A stretch of DNA of 64,000 bases from NCBI GenBank assembly GCA_963740355.1, contig CAVUDW010000002.1:1792001-1856000 (forward strand), read 5' to 3'. Under the pieces are notes generated by a model. It searched no databases and was not told where the DNA came from. It saw only the letters and a list, made by a program, of their open reading frames with translations. This document shows, one piece after another, positions 28,377 through 37,412 of this stretch. This stretch comes from an uncultured Gemmatimonadaceae bacterium (lineage in GTDB: Bacteria > Gemmatimonadota > Gemmatimonadetes > Gemmatimonadales > Gemmatimonadaceae). The position numbers were made by a program, and so were the translations under genes. Positions within the stretch are counted from its first letter, which is position 1, and each line of letters begins with the position of its first letter.

Positions 28377-30452
28377 ATGAATCGTCACGCCGCCGCGGCG
28401 TTTGTCGCGCTCGTGTTCGCCGTCGGCACCGCCGACGCACAACAAGCAACCGATAGCACCCGTCGCGATAGCATCGCACGAGCCGGTTCACTGGAAGGGG
28501 TCATCGTTCGTGCGGTGCGCGCGAACGGCACCGCCCCGATCGCCCAGACCACCATCCCAACTCGCACCATCCAGCGCCGCAGCTACGCGCAGGATGTGCC
28601 CATGATGCTGCTCGGTACGACACCCTCGCTCACGGCACACTCGGAGTCAGGCACGAACTGGGGCTATTCGTACCTGCGCCTGCGCGGCATCGATCAGTCG
28701 CGCATCAACCTCTCGATCGACGGCATTCCACTCAACGATCCCGAAGATCAGGTCTTCTACTTCGCGAACTTTGCCGATCTCGCGTCGAGCATGCAGTCGG
28801 TGCAGGTCCAGCGCGGCGTCGGGACGAGCGGCGCCGGCACTGCATCGTTCGCGGGCTCGGTGAACTTCGAGACCAAGAATGTGCTCGGTGTGCCGCGACA
28901 GGGTGCGGCCGAGATTCAACTCGGCTCTTTCGGCGCACAGCGCCTGATGGTGGAAGGCAACACCGGCCTGATGGCTGGCGGCTTCGCGTCCTCCGTACGG
29001 TTGTCTGCCTTGCGCACGAACAGCTTTCGGCGACACGCCGGCGTGGAAGGACTGTCGGGGCTCGGTCAGGTGGCCTGGCTGGGGAAAAAGGACGTGGTGA
29101 AGCTGATGGTGCTGGCCGGCAGACTGCGCGACACACTCTCGTACCTGGCTGTGCCGGTGAACGAGCTGCGTATCGATCGCCGCATCAATCCACTCACGCC
29201 AGAGGAGCAGGATCGGTTCAGCCAGAACCTGGTCTCATTGTCGCACACGCGGCAACTCGGTGCCGGCGTGCAGTACGCATCAACGCTCTATCGCGTCGGC
29301 GCCACCGGCAACTACGACGTGCGGTTCGACAGCACCACCATCGGCAACTACGCGCTGGACTTCAGCTGGTATGGACTGACCAGCGCGGTGAACGTCGAGC
29401 GCGGCGCCGTGCGATTCAGCGCCGGCCTCAATGCCAACACCTACGCGCGAGATCACATCGCGTACGTACGACCGGACCTGCAGAACTCCACGTACCTGAA
29501 CACGGGCCACAAGCAGGATGGTAGCCTGTTCACGAAGGTGGCCGTGGTGCAGGGACCGGTGACTTGGTTCGGCGACCTGCAGCTTCGGCGCGCGACCTTC
29601 CGCTACACGCCGGACAGGAACGCGGGATTCAGCGGAGACGAGCCATCGATTTCGTGGACATTCCTCAACCCCAAGCTGGGTGTCACGTACGCAGTCAAGC
29701 CAACCGTTGACCTCTTTGCCTCAGTCGGCCGCACGACGCGCGAACCGACACGCAGCGACATCTTCGGTGGCAACGACGACATCTCGCAGTCGGTGCTGGC
29801 CGATCTGGGTGGGCTGAAGCGCGTGCGTCCTGAGCGTGTGACCGATACAGAAGCCGGGGTGCGCTTGCGCGGCGCTGACCTGCAACTCGAAGTGAACCTG
29901 TTCCGGATGGATTTCAGCAACGAGATCGCACGCATCGGTGCGCTCTCGCCGCTTGGCGCCGAGCTGCGGAGCAATGTCGGCGCCAGTGTACGCCAAGGTG
30001 TCGAGTTCGACCTGCGTGCGCGGCCGACTGCATCCCTGGTGCTGACCACGGTCGGTGCGGTGAGCCACAATCGCATTCGGCAATTCGTGGACTCGACGGG
30101 TGACTCACCGGTCGTGCGCCGCGACGTACCGCCGCTGCTCACGCCGGCCGTGAGTGGAGCACAGCGGGCTGATTGGCGCCTGTCGCGCTGGCTCGACCTT
30201 GGTGTCGAGGCGCGCTACCACGGGGAGAGCTACCTCCGCAACGACGGTGACAAGGCCCTCACCCTGCCGCAGTACTGGATGTTCGACGCCATGCTGCGCG
30301 TGCCGTTCGGTGCCAATGATCTCACCGTGCGCGGTACAAATCTCGGAAACTCGCAGCGATTCGGCAGCGGGTATGCGTCGGACGGTGTGCCGAACTACTT
30401 CATCCTGACGCCGCGATCGGTGTTCGTGACGCTGCGGATCGCGACGAGGTGA
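28377..30452 (+). CDS. TonB-dependent receptor, probable thiamine uptake
   Basis: Signal peptide, plug motif YSYLRLRG..Q.RIN..IDGIPLND, VQRGVG, NPKLG, PERV; TPP riboswitch in the leader. Confidence 0.9.
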   Translation: MNRHAAAAFVALVFAVGTADAQQATDSTRRDSIARAGSLEGVIVRAVRANGTAPIAQTTIPTRTIQRRSYAQDVPMMLLGTTPSLTAHSESGTNWGYSYLRLRGIDQSRINLSIDGIPLNDPEDQVFYFANFADLASSMQSVQVQRGVGTSGAGTASFAGSVNFETKNVLGVPRQGAAEIQLGSFGAQRLMVEGNTGLMAGGFASSVRLSALRTNSFRRHAGVEGLSGLGQVAWLGKKDVVKLMVLAGRLRDTLSYLAVPVNELRIDRRINPLTPEEQDRFSQNLVSLSHTRQLGAGVQYASTLYRVGATGNYDVRFDSTTIGNYALDFSWYGLTSAVNVERGAVRFSAGLNANTYARDHIAYVRPDLQNSTYLNTGHKQDGSLFTKVAVVQGPVTWFGDLQLRRATFRYTPDRNAGFSGDEPSISWTFLNPKLGVTYAVKPTVDLFASVGRTTREPTRSDIFGGNDDISQSVLADLGGLKRVRPERVTDTEAGVRLRGADLQLEVNLFRMDFSNEIARIGALSPLGAELRSNVGASVRQGVEFDLRARPTASLVLTTVGAVSHNRIRQFVDSTGDSPVVRRDVPPLLTPAVSGAQRADWRLSRWLDLGVEARYHGESYLRNDGDKALTLPQYWMFDAMLRVPFGANDLTVRGTNLGNSQRFGSGYASDGVPNYFILTPRSVFVTLRIATR

Positions 30453-30458
30453 TGGTCG

Positions 30459-32126
30459 CTACGGCCTCGCCAGCGGTGGAGTCGTCGCTGGCGGGCGCCG
30501 CAGTTTGGTGGCCTGTTCGAACGCGAAGCCATACCCCAACAGCTGTGCCTCGCTGAATGGCCGCCCGAGGAATTCGAGGCCGACCGGGAGCGTATCACTG
30601 GTGAAGCCTGCCGGCACCGTCAGCGCCGGGAAGCCGATGTTGGGGCTCAGGCCACGATTGTCACCGCGGCCGTAGGCATCGAGTGGCTTCGGATTCGTGA
30701 GCACGTCGAGTGCGATCGGCGTCGGTGGGGCGTCGTAGGTGGCGTACACCAGCGCGTCGAGGCGCTTGTCGGCCATCAACTTCAGGATCGCAACGCGCAT
30801 CGCCTCACGGCTCTTCATCACCGTCAGGTAGCCTGGATCGTCGGTCGTCTTGCCGATGTAGCCGATCATCGCGCGCGCCCGCCACGGATTGACGGTGCCG
30901 GCGAGCAGAATTTCGGCCAGCGTCTTCACGGGCGCATTCGGATGCTGCGCGAAGTAGGCGTTGGTGGCCTCTTCGGTCTCGAAATCGTTGCCCACGCGGC
31001 GCCCAGGTACCGTCGGGACCAGCAGCGAATCCACGACCTCCGCTCCCTGCGCGCGCAATGACGCGATGGCGCGTTCGAAGACCACGCGCACCTTGTCGAA
31101 CTCTGCCCGAATGGCTTTCGCCGTCGAATCGCGACGTGCGGCAGAGTCGGCGGAGATCGAGGTGTCGCGGGGCGCCGTCGGCGCCTTCGTCGTGTCGCGC
31201 GGACTGCGGGTGGTATCACGCGACACGGCAGTGTCGCGCGGGAACCGAAGCACGCCGATGCGCGCACCGCGCAGCGCGTTCGGCAGGAGCGCGGTGGTGT
31301 AGGTCATCGGCACATGGCCAACGGCGTAGGCCGTGATGGGATCATTGGCGTCGTAGCCCGCGATCACGTCCAGCACTCGCGCCGCATCGGCCACGGTGCG
31401 CGTCATCGGGCCCATCGTGTCCTGCGTCGGGTTGGCCGGCAGCATGCCGAACCGACTCACCAGTTGCAGCGTGGGTCGAAGACCGACCAGGCTGCTGACG
31501 GCAGCCGGCCCTCGAATCGATCCACCGGTGTCTTCGCCGATGCCCACCAGCCCGAAGTTTGCGGTCACGCTGGACGCCGAGCCGCTCGATGACCCACTCG
31601 GATTCCTCGTTGGGTCGTAGGCGTTGCGCACGATGCCGGCGGCCGATCCGACGTAGCGACCGGCGAACTCACCCATCGTCGTCTTGGCGATGATGATGGC
31701 GCCAGCGCCTTCGAGACGCTGCACGACGGTCGCGTCACGCTTCGGCGTGAAATCCTTGTAGATCGCCGAGCCGTAGGTGGTGGGCATGTCACGCGTCTCG
31801 ATCTGATCCTTGAGCAACACCGGGACACAGTGCAGGGGACCACGCTTGGTGCGTGACTGTTGCACCGCATCGAGTGAGTCGGCTTCGAGGAGTGCACGGG
31901 CGTTGATGTGCTGAATCGAGTTCAGCGTCGGCCCGCGTTGATCGTAGGCGGCGATCCGGTCGAGGTACGCCTGCACCAACGCGTGGCAGGTCAACTTCCG
32001 GGCATCGAGCGCAGCATGCACTCCCGGAATCGTCGCCTCCATCACGTCGAACTGTTGCGCGGTTGCGCTGGTTGCGAGCACCAGCGAGACTGCCGCGAGA
32101 GGCGTGACCTTGGAGAGACCGATCAT
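30459..32126 (-). CDS. Exported amidase-signature family enzyme
   Basis: GPLHCVPVLLKD, GSSSGS, DTGGSIRGP; signal peptide. Confidence 0.92.
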   Translation of the reverse strand: MIGLSKVTPLAAVSLVLATSATAQQFDVMEATIPGVHAALDARKLTCHALVQAYLDRIAAYDQRGPTLNSIQHINARALLEADSLDAVQQSRTKRGPLHCVPVLLKDQIETRDMPTTYGSAIYKDFTPKRDATVVQRLEGAGAIIIAKTTMGEFAGRYVGSAAGIVRNAYDPTRNPSGSSSGSASSVTANFGLVGIGEDTGGSIRGPAAVSSLVGLRPTLQLVSRFGMLPANPTQDTMGPMTRTVADAARVLDVIAGYDANDPITAYAVGHVPMTYTTALLPNALRGARIGVLRFPRDTAVSRDTTRSPRDTTKAPTAPRDTSISADSAARRDSTAKAIRAEFDKVRVVFERAIASLRAQGAEVVDSLLVPTVPGRRVGNDFETEEATNAYFAQHPNAPVKTLAEILLAGTVNPWRARAMIGYIGKTTDDPGYLTVMKSREAMRVAILKLMADKRLDALVYATYDAPPTPIALDVLTNPKPLDAYGRGDNRGLSPNIGFPALTVPAGFTSDTLPVGLEFLGRPFSEAQLLGYGFAFEQATKLRRPPATTPPLARP

Positions 32127-32255
32127 CGATGCGCCGGGGTGGTGGGGAGCTGCGTTGGCCGCGTGCCATCCAACATCGCCGATCCACGGCGGTCCCGGCA
32201 GGTGGTGCCAGTGCGCGGGCGCTTCGGCCGGCCCGGTGCTCCGCAGCGTTTCCCG

Positions 32256-33668
32256 TCAGTTCGGCGGCGTGTCGGCGGGGAGCCGGATCGTGATCGTGGT
32301 GCCGGCGCCCAGCGTACTGGCTGCGCCAATCGTTCCGCCCATGCCCTCGACCATCCGCTTCGTCAGGGCGAGGCCCAACCCCATGCCGCCCGTCGTACGG
32401 TCGCGGGATGGGTCAACGCGGTAGAAGCGCTCCCAGATGAACGGCAGCTGCTCGTCGGGGATGCCACGCCCGGTATCAGCGATCTCGATCACGACCGCGT
32501 CACCATCCGTGCGAAGGGACAACGTGATCCGGCCATCGCCTGGCGTATGTGTGATCGCGTTCTGCAACAGGTTGCGCAGGACCTGCGCGAGGCGGCGGCG
32601 ATCAGCCTGCACGACGATCTGCATATCGGGCAGCAGGAGGTGGATCGGCGGCGCTGTGCTCGTGAAGGCTGCGGCCGCACGCCGCAGTTCGACGGATGCA
32701 TCCAACGGAGCCATCTCGAAGGTCAGCGCACCGGCATCCGCGAGCGCAAGCTCCTGCAGTTCGTCGATCAACTGCTTGAGGAGCATGGCTTCTTCCTGCG
32801 TCGAACGCAGCGTATCCGCGTCGGGCTTCCGCAGGCCGTCCCGCATCGACTCCAGCAGCCCGATGACATTCGTGAGTGGCGTGCGCAACTCGTGCGCGAG
32901 GTCGGAAATCAGCTGGCGCTTCGCAACCTCGGTGCGTTCGAGCGATTCGGCCATGTCGTTGAAGGACTGTTCGAGCGCTCCCAGCTCGTCGCGCGAACTC
33001 ACACGCACTCGCGTCGAAAGTGCCTTCGCTCGCACGCCACTCGCGGCGGCCGTGAGGCGCTGCACCTGCGCGACGACAGGATACGCTAGCACCCACGTTC
33101 CGACCGCAGCCAGCAGGCACGCCAGGAGCACGGCCAGCCAGAGGGAACGTTGAATACCTGACACCATCATCTGCGCACCAGATGGTCGCGGCATCGTTGC
33201 TGGGAAACGATAGAGATAGCCGAGCCGCGTGTCATCGCGAGCCGTCAGCGACATGCCGCTGATCAGCAGACGTTGCAGCTGTCGCTCGTTGCCATGCGTG
33301 ATCGTCCGCGACAGATCGATGTCGCCGCGCGGCGTCATGGTCACATTGCCCTGCACGATCGATGGATCGGATGACGCCACGAGTCCACCAGTCGTATCGA
33401 GTACCAGCAGTTGTGCTGAGTCACCGGTCTGCGTAGCAAGCCGCTGCAGTACTGCACTGCCACCGGCTGTGCGAAGCGTCGGCCAGGCGACCGCAACGGA
33501 ATCCGGCAGGCGTACCGGACCGTCGTCCGCCTGCAGGGTGCGCGTCCGCGACTCGAACTGTGCCAGCTCGACGCGGGCCGATCGACTTGAGAGGGCCCCG
33601 ACGACGAGGATCGCTGCGACGAACAGCGGCCAGACGGTGAGAAAGAGGCGTGCGCGAAGACTGCGCAT
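32256..33668 (-). CDS. HAMP sensor histidine kinase (BaeS-like)
   Basis: 2 TM + HAMP (DELGALEQSFNDM), AHELRTPL, NLLQNAITH, DTGRGI, ERFYRVDPSR.R.TGG.GLGL. Confidence 0.93.
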   Translation of the reverse strand: MRSLRARLFLTVWPLFVAAILVVGALSSRSARVELAQFESRTRTLQADDGPVRLPDSVAVAWPTLRTAGGSAVLQRLATQTGDSAQLLVLDTTGGLVASSDPSIVQGNVTMTPRGDIDLSRTITHGNERQLQRLLISGMSLTARDDTRLGYLYRFPATMPRPSGAQMMVSGIQRSLWLAVLLACLLAAVGTWVLAYPVVAQVQRLTAAASGVRAKALSTRVRVSSRDELGALEQSFNDMAESLERTEVAKRQLISDLAHELRTPLTNVIGLLESMRDGLRKPDADTLRSTQEEAMLLKQLIDELQELALADAGALTFEMAPLDASVELRRAAAAFTSTAPPIHLLLPDMQIVVQADRRRLAQVLRNLLQNAITHTPGDGRITLSLRTDGDAVVIEIADTGRGIPDEQLPFIWERFYRVDPSRDRTTGGMGLGLALTKRMVEGMGGTIGAASTLGAGTTITIRLPADTPPN

Positions 33669-34390
33669 CAGCGACGTTCCACCGACGCGCGCTCCGGCAT
33701 GCGGTAGCCAGCGCCGAACACGGTCTCGATGTATCCGGCGCCCAGCGCGCCGTGGCCCAGCTTCCGTCGAATGTTGCTGACATGGACATCCACGGTGCGA
33801 TCGAGCTGTTGACCAGCCTCGTTCGGCAGGCGATCCAGCAACTCGGCGCGCGAAAACACGATGCCGGGACGCGCGAGCAGTGTCGCCAGCACTGCAAATT
33901 CGCTTGGCGTGAGTTCGACCAGCGCGTCCGCGACGCGCACCTCACGACGTGCATGGTCGAGTGTCAGGTCAGCGTATCGGAGAGGCGGTGTCTCCGACGG
34001 CGGCGTGCGACGCAGCACCGCTTCGACCCGTGCGACCAACTCACGGGGACTGAACGGCTTGGTCACGTAATCGTCAGCGCCGGATGAAAACCCTTCCAGT
34101 CGATCTTCCTCGATCGTGCGCGCCGTGAGGAAGATGATCGGGGTTGCCGCCGTCTCGCGAACCTGTCTTGCGATCTGGAGACCGCTCGCACCAGGCAGCA
34201 TGATGTCGAGCAGGAGCAGGTCGAATCGCTCCGACGTCAGGCGCTCGAGCGCGCGGCCGCCAGATCGCTCCGTCGACACGCGGTGCCCGGCGTGACTGAG
34301 GTAGAGCGCGACCAGTTCGGCCGTCTTGGCATCGTCCTCCACCACGAGGACGCTGGCCCGGCGGGCCTCGGACGCGGCAGGTGACGTCAT
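33668..34390 (-). CDS. OmpR-family response regulator (BaeR-like)
   Basis: VLVVEDD, LLDIMLP, GADDYVTKPFSPREL, LTPSEF, RTVDVHV.N.R.KL, IETVFGAGYR. Confidence 0.93.
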   Translation of the reverse strand: MTSPAASEARRASVLVVEDDAKTAELVALYLSHAGHRVSTERSGGRALERLTSERFDLLLLDIMLPGASGLQIARQVRETAATPIIFLTARTIEEDRLEGFSSGADDYVTKPFSPRELVARVEAVLRRTPPSETPPLRYADLTLDHARREVRVADALVELTPSEFAVLATLLARPGIVFSRAELLDRLPNEAGQQLDRTVDVHVSNIRRKLGHGALGAGYIETVFGAGYRMPERASVERR

Positions 34391-34423
34391 GCATTATCCA
34401 TAGCGATATCATGTTAACGCCGT

Positions 34424-34461
34424 GTGAAGACCGGGGCCGGACACCTTCACATCGTCTTCAC
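34424..34461. promoter_or_regulatory. Candidate OmpR-type binding site (CTTCAC direct repeat, 11-bp period, plus inverted GTGAAG)
   Basis: CTTCAC at 34445-34450 and 34456-34461, GTGAAG at 34424-34429, in the divergent intergenic region between the RR and the serine hydrolase. Confidence 0.5.
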
Positions 34462-34520
34462 GCCGGAGGGCTTTCTTGCGCGAGGGCCAGGTCGTTCACC
34501 ACTCGCGCCGGACAGTGATC

Positions 34521-36045
34521 ATGCCACGACAGAATCAGAAGACTCAGTGTCAGTCCGCTCCGCACACCGCGCTGCGGACTTTCGCCGCTGGATGTGCGTT
34601 GCTTCCCTCCGTCTTGCTGGCGCAGGGCGGGCCGCCTCCGGGCGGCGCACCACGCGAGTCCGGACCGCCGCCGATGGCGCAGGCAGAGCTGGTGCAAAAG
34701 GTTCGCACACTCGCAGAAGCACTTACCCGCCAGGATCGGTTTTCCGGTGTGATCCTGCTTGCGCAGAACGGCAGCAAGGTTTTCGAGCAGGCCTACGGCG
34801 TTGCCGATCGTGAATCGAAGAAGCCGATGACGGTCGGCACCATCTTCAACGTCAGTTCGGTCGGCAAGCTCTTCACGCAGATCGCGATCGGGCAATTGGC
34901 GGCCGCGGGCAAGCTGTCGCTCGATAGCACCATTGCCACCTACTGGCCGGACTACCCGGATCCTGTGGCTGCGCGCAAGGTCACCATCCGGCAGCTGCTG
35001 TCGCATCGATCGGGGATCAACGGCAACATCTTCGTCACGCCGCTCACGATACGGAGCAATCACGACAACGTCCCCGCCGCCACGCGCGAGCCCCTCGCGT
35101 TCGAGCCCGGCACACGACAGCAGTATTCGAACGCGGGCTATGTGGTGCTGGGCGAAATCGTGGAACGACTCTCGCACGAGGTTTATCACGAGTACGTCCG
35201 CAAACATGTCTTCGCGGCTGCGGGCATGACTGCCAGCGATTTCCCGGCGCTCGACTCGTTGCCAGGGAATGCTGCACTCGGATACACATGGGGCCTCGAT
35301 GAAGATGCGCCGCCACCAGCCGTTCTGCCGCCGCTGACGCGTAGCGCACCACTGCAGCCGCGGCGGGGCAGTGCCGCGGGCGGTGCGTATTCGAACGTGA
35401 ATGACCTGTTTCGATTCGTGATGGCGCGCCGGAATGGAACGCTCGGCGTACCGGCACGCCGCAGTCAGGAGATGGCGGCCGGTGGCAGTCCTGGTTCCAA
35501 TGCGATGGTCGCAGAAGGGTTGCCGGGCGGCTACGACGTGATCGTGCTCTCGAACTTCGATCCGCCAACCGCTGGCGCCATTGCAGACTCGGTCGAGCAA
35601 TGGCTGGGTGGAGGCCGCCGCGGGCCCGGCGATGTCCGCGTCGGTGGACCGCGCATCGTCTTGCGTGCGCCGGGAGCAGGGCGATGAGCCGCCACCGGCC
35701 GGACCGCAGGGGCCGCTGCAAAAGTCCTTTCCCGACTCGCCGCAGGGCCGCGTTGCCGCCGCCTACCTGAAGGCGTTCTCGTCGGGTGATGCGGCTACCA
35801 TGCGCACCTTCATCGAAGCGCAGATGACGCCGGGTGAGCGGAGCCTCGATGATCGGGTCCGCAGATATCAGGAAATCTTCGCTGACAACGGAGTCCTTAC
35901 CTTGCTCGGCGTGCGTGTCGCTCCGGACTCGTCATTGGCGATCCAGGTGAACTCGGCGCAGAATGGCGAAATGACGCTGCTGATGTCGTTCGAACCCGCT
36001 GCGCCGTTCCGGATCACCGGGCTACAATTCCGCCTCGAGCGCTGA
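34521..36045 (+). CDS. Exported beta-lactamase-family serine hydrolase with C-terminal extra domain; probable +1 frameshift at about 35678-35682
   Basis: SSVGK, LLSHRSG, YSN motifs; GCA GGG C GAT GAG would join the ORF ending at 35687 to the frame ending at 36045 (FPDSPQGRVAAAYLKAFSSGD...PFRITGL). Confidence 0.8.
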
Positions 36046-36083
36046 CCGCGCCACCGACATCACCCCGGCCCACTCTCGGCGAC

Positions 36084-36626
36084 ATGACCGCGAAGCACTA
36101 TCGCATTCCCATCGCGCGCAATGTCGCCGAGTATGCCGCAATCATCGCCTGGTGGGGCATCCTGATGGCTGCCCATTCCACCGGCCTGCTGAGCAACGGT
36201 GCCATCAGTAGCATCGTGGTGCTCGGTTGCTGGGTGAAGTCCGGACTGTTTGGCGCCGAGAACATGCGGCAGCTGTTCGATGCGGCGAAGCAGAACCTGG
36301 CGCACCATCGATTCCTGATCTTGATGGGTGTCAACATGTCGCAGATGATCCTTGCCTTCATGTTCGACTTCCAGCTGCTCCAGCTGATCGACGCCAATAG
36401 TTTTTCTGGTGTGGCGGCAAATGCCGGCCTGGGGGAGTCGCTGTTCGACTTCTTCTATCTCAGCACGCTGAATTTTTCTTTCTTCGGCTACAGCGACATC
36501 CTGCCGCAGACCGTGCCAGCGCGGATCGTCAACCTGACGGAAATCGTGTTGGCATTCGTGACGGTGATCTTTCTGCTCTCTGACTTCATCAGCCTGAAGG
36601 ACTCGCTGAGACGCAATCGCGACTGA
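36084..36626 (+). CDS. Potassium-channel-family (Ion_trans_2-like) membrane protein with atypical filter
   Basis: DFFYLSTLNFSFFGYSDILP..VPARIV...E pore-helix pattern; about 4 TM helices. Confidence 0.75.
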   Translation: MTAKHYRIPIARNVAEYAAIIAWWGILMAAHSTGLLSNGAISSIVVLGCWVKSGLFGAENMRQLFDAAKQNLAHHRFLILMGVNMSQMILAFMFDFQLLQLIDANSFSGVAANAGLGESLFDFFYLSTLNFSFFGYSDILPQTVPARIVNLTEIVLAFVTVIFLLSDFISLKDSLRRNRD

Positions 36627-36652
36627 CGGAGTCGTCCGCGGCGCAGGTTGAC

Positions 36653-37282
36653 CTAGTGCGCCACGGCTCGCATGCGCGCCGGCCCGGCAGACGGCCAGGC
36701 GCACATCGTCGTCTGCACCACCGCGGCGAGTTCCTCGGCGGACGCGCCGTTCCGGGCGTGTACGCTGAGGCCGGCCATCACCGTCCCGAAATAGCGGGCG
36801 AGGGCATCGACGTCGGTCTCGCGGGGGATCTCGCCTTCGTCCCGCGCGCGCGCGAGCCGACACCGGAGCGTGGCCTGGCTACTCGCCATTGCAGTCGCGA
36901 GCGCATCACGGATTGCGTCTGAGTGTGCAGCGATCGAGCCACCTGCCGCCTCCGCCACGACCACACAGCCAGAGTGCTCGCGGCAGCGCGTGTAGGTCGC
37001 CACGACGTCCATCAGCATCGCCGCGACTGCCCGTCGCCCGTCCGGTTCCGAGTCCAGCAGTTCAGTACGGCGCTCGGCTGTGAGCCGGGCGTAGCGCTCC
37101 ACGGCTGCAATGAAGAGGCCCTCCTTGTTGCCGTAGGCCGCGTACAGGCTCGGCTTGCAGATGCCCATCGAGTCTGCGAGGGTCTGTACCGATGCCGACT
37201 CGAAGCCGTCACGGTTGAACACGTTGAGGGCGTGTTCAAGCGCGGCGTCGGGGTCGAACTCGCGGGGACGGCCTCGGGACAT
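36653..37282 (-). CDS. TetR family regulator (NemR/ComR-like)
   Basis: RGRPREFD..AL..A..VF..GFE, SLYAAYGNKEGLF, GCVVV; divergent from an alkene reductase. Confidence 0.92.
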   Translation of the reverse strand: MSRGRPREFDPDAALEHALNVFNRDGFESASVQTLADSMGICKPSLYAAYGNKEGLFIAAVERYARLTAERRTELLDSEPDGRRAVAAMLMDVVATYTRCREHSGCVVVAEAAGGSIAAHSDAIRDALATAMASSQATLRCRLARARDEGEIPRETDVDALARYFGTVMAGLSVHARNGASAEELAAVVQTTMCAWPSAGPARMRAVAH

Positions 37283-37307
37283 GGGAGCGGGCTGGAGGGG
37301 TAAGCGA

Positions 37308-37350
37308 TTGACAAATCTATACTGTGCGGTATCTATACCGCTAGGTACAG
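37308..37350. promoter_or_regulatory. Divergent promoter with TTGACA -35 and TetR-type palindromic operator(s)
   Basis: TTGACA 37308-37313; perfect inverted repeat GCGGTAT-CT-ATACCGC 37326-37341; overlapping TATACC-N4-GGTACA. Confidence 0.6.
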
Positions 37351-37412
37351 AACGCCGTCGATGGCATCGGGGAATCGACGGCAGACCCCGTCACCCCGAG
37401 GGAGCACGACAC

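Noticed and set aside
35581..36045. Independent 154-aa gene
   Set aside because: No convincing start or RBS; better explained as the frameshifted C-terminus of the serine hydrolase.
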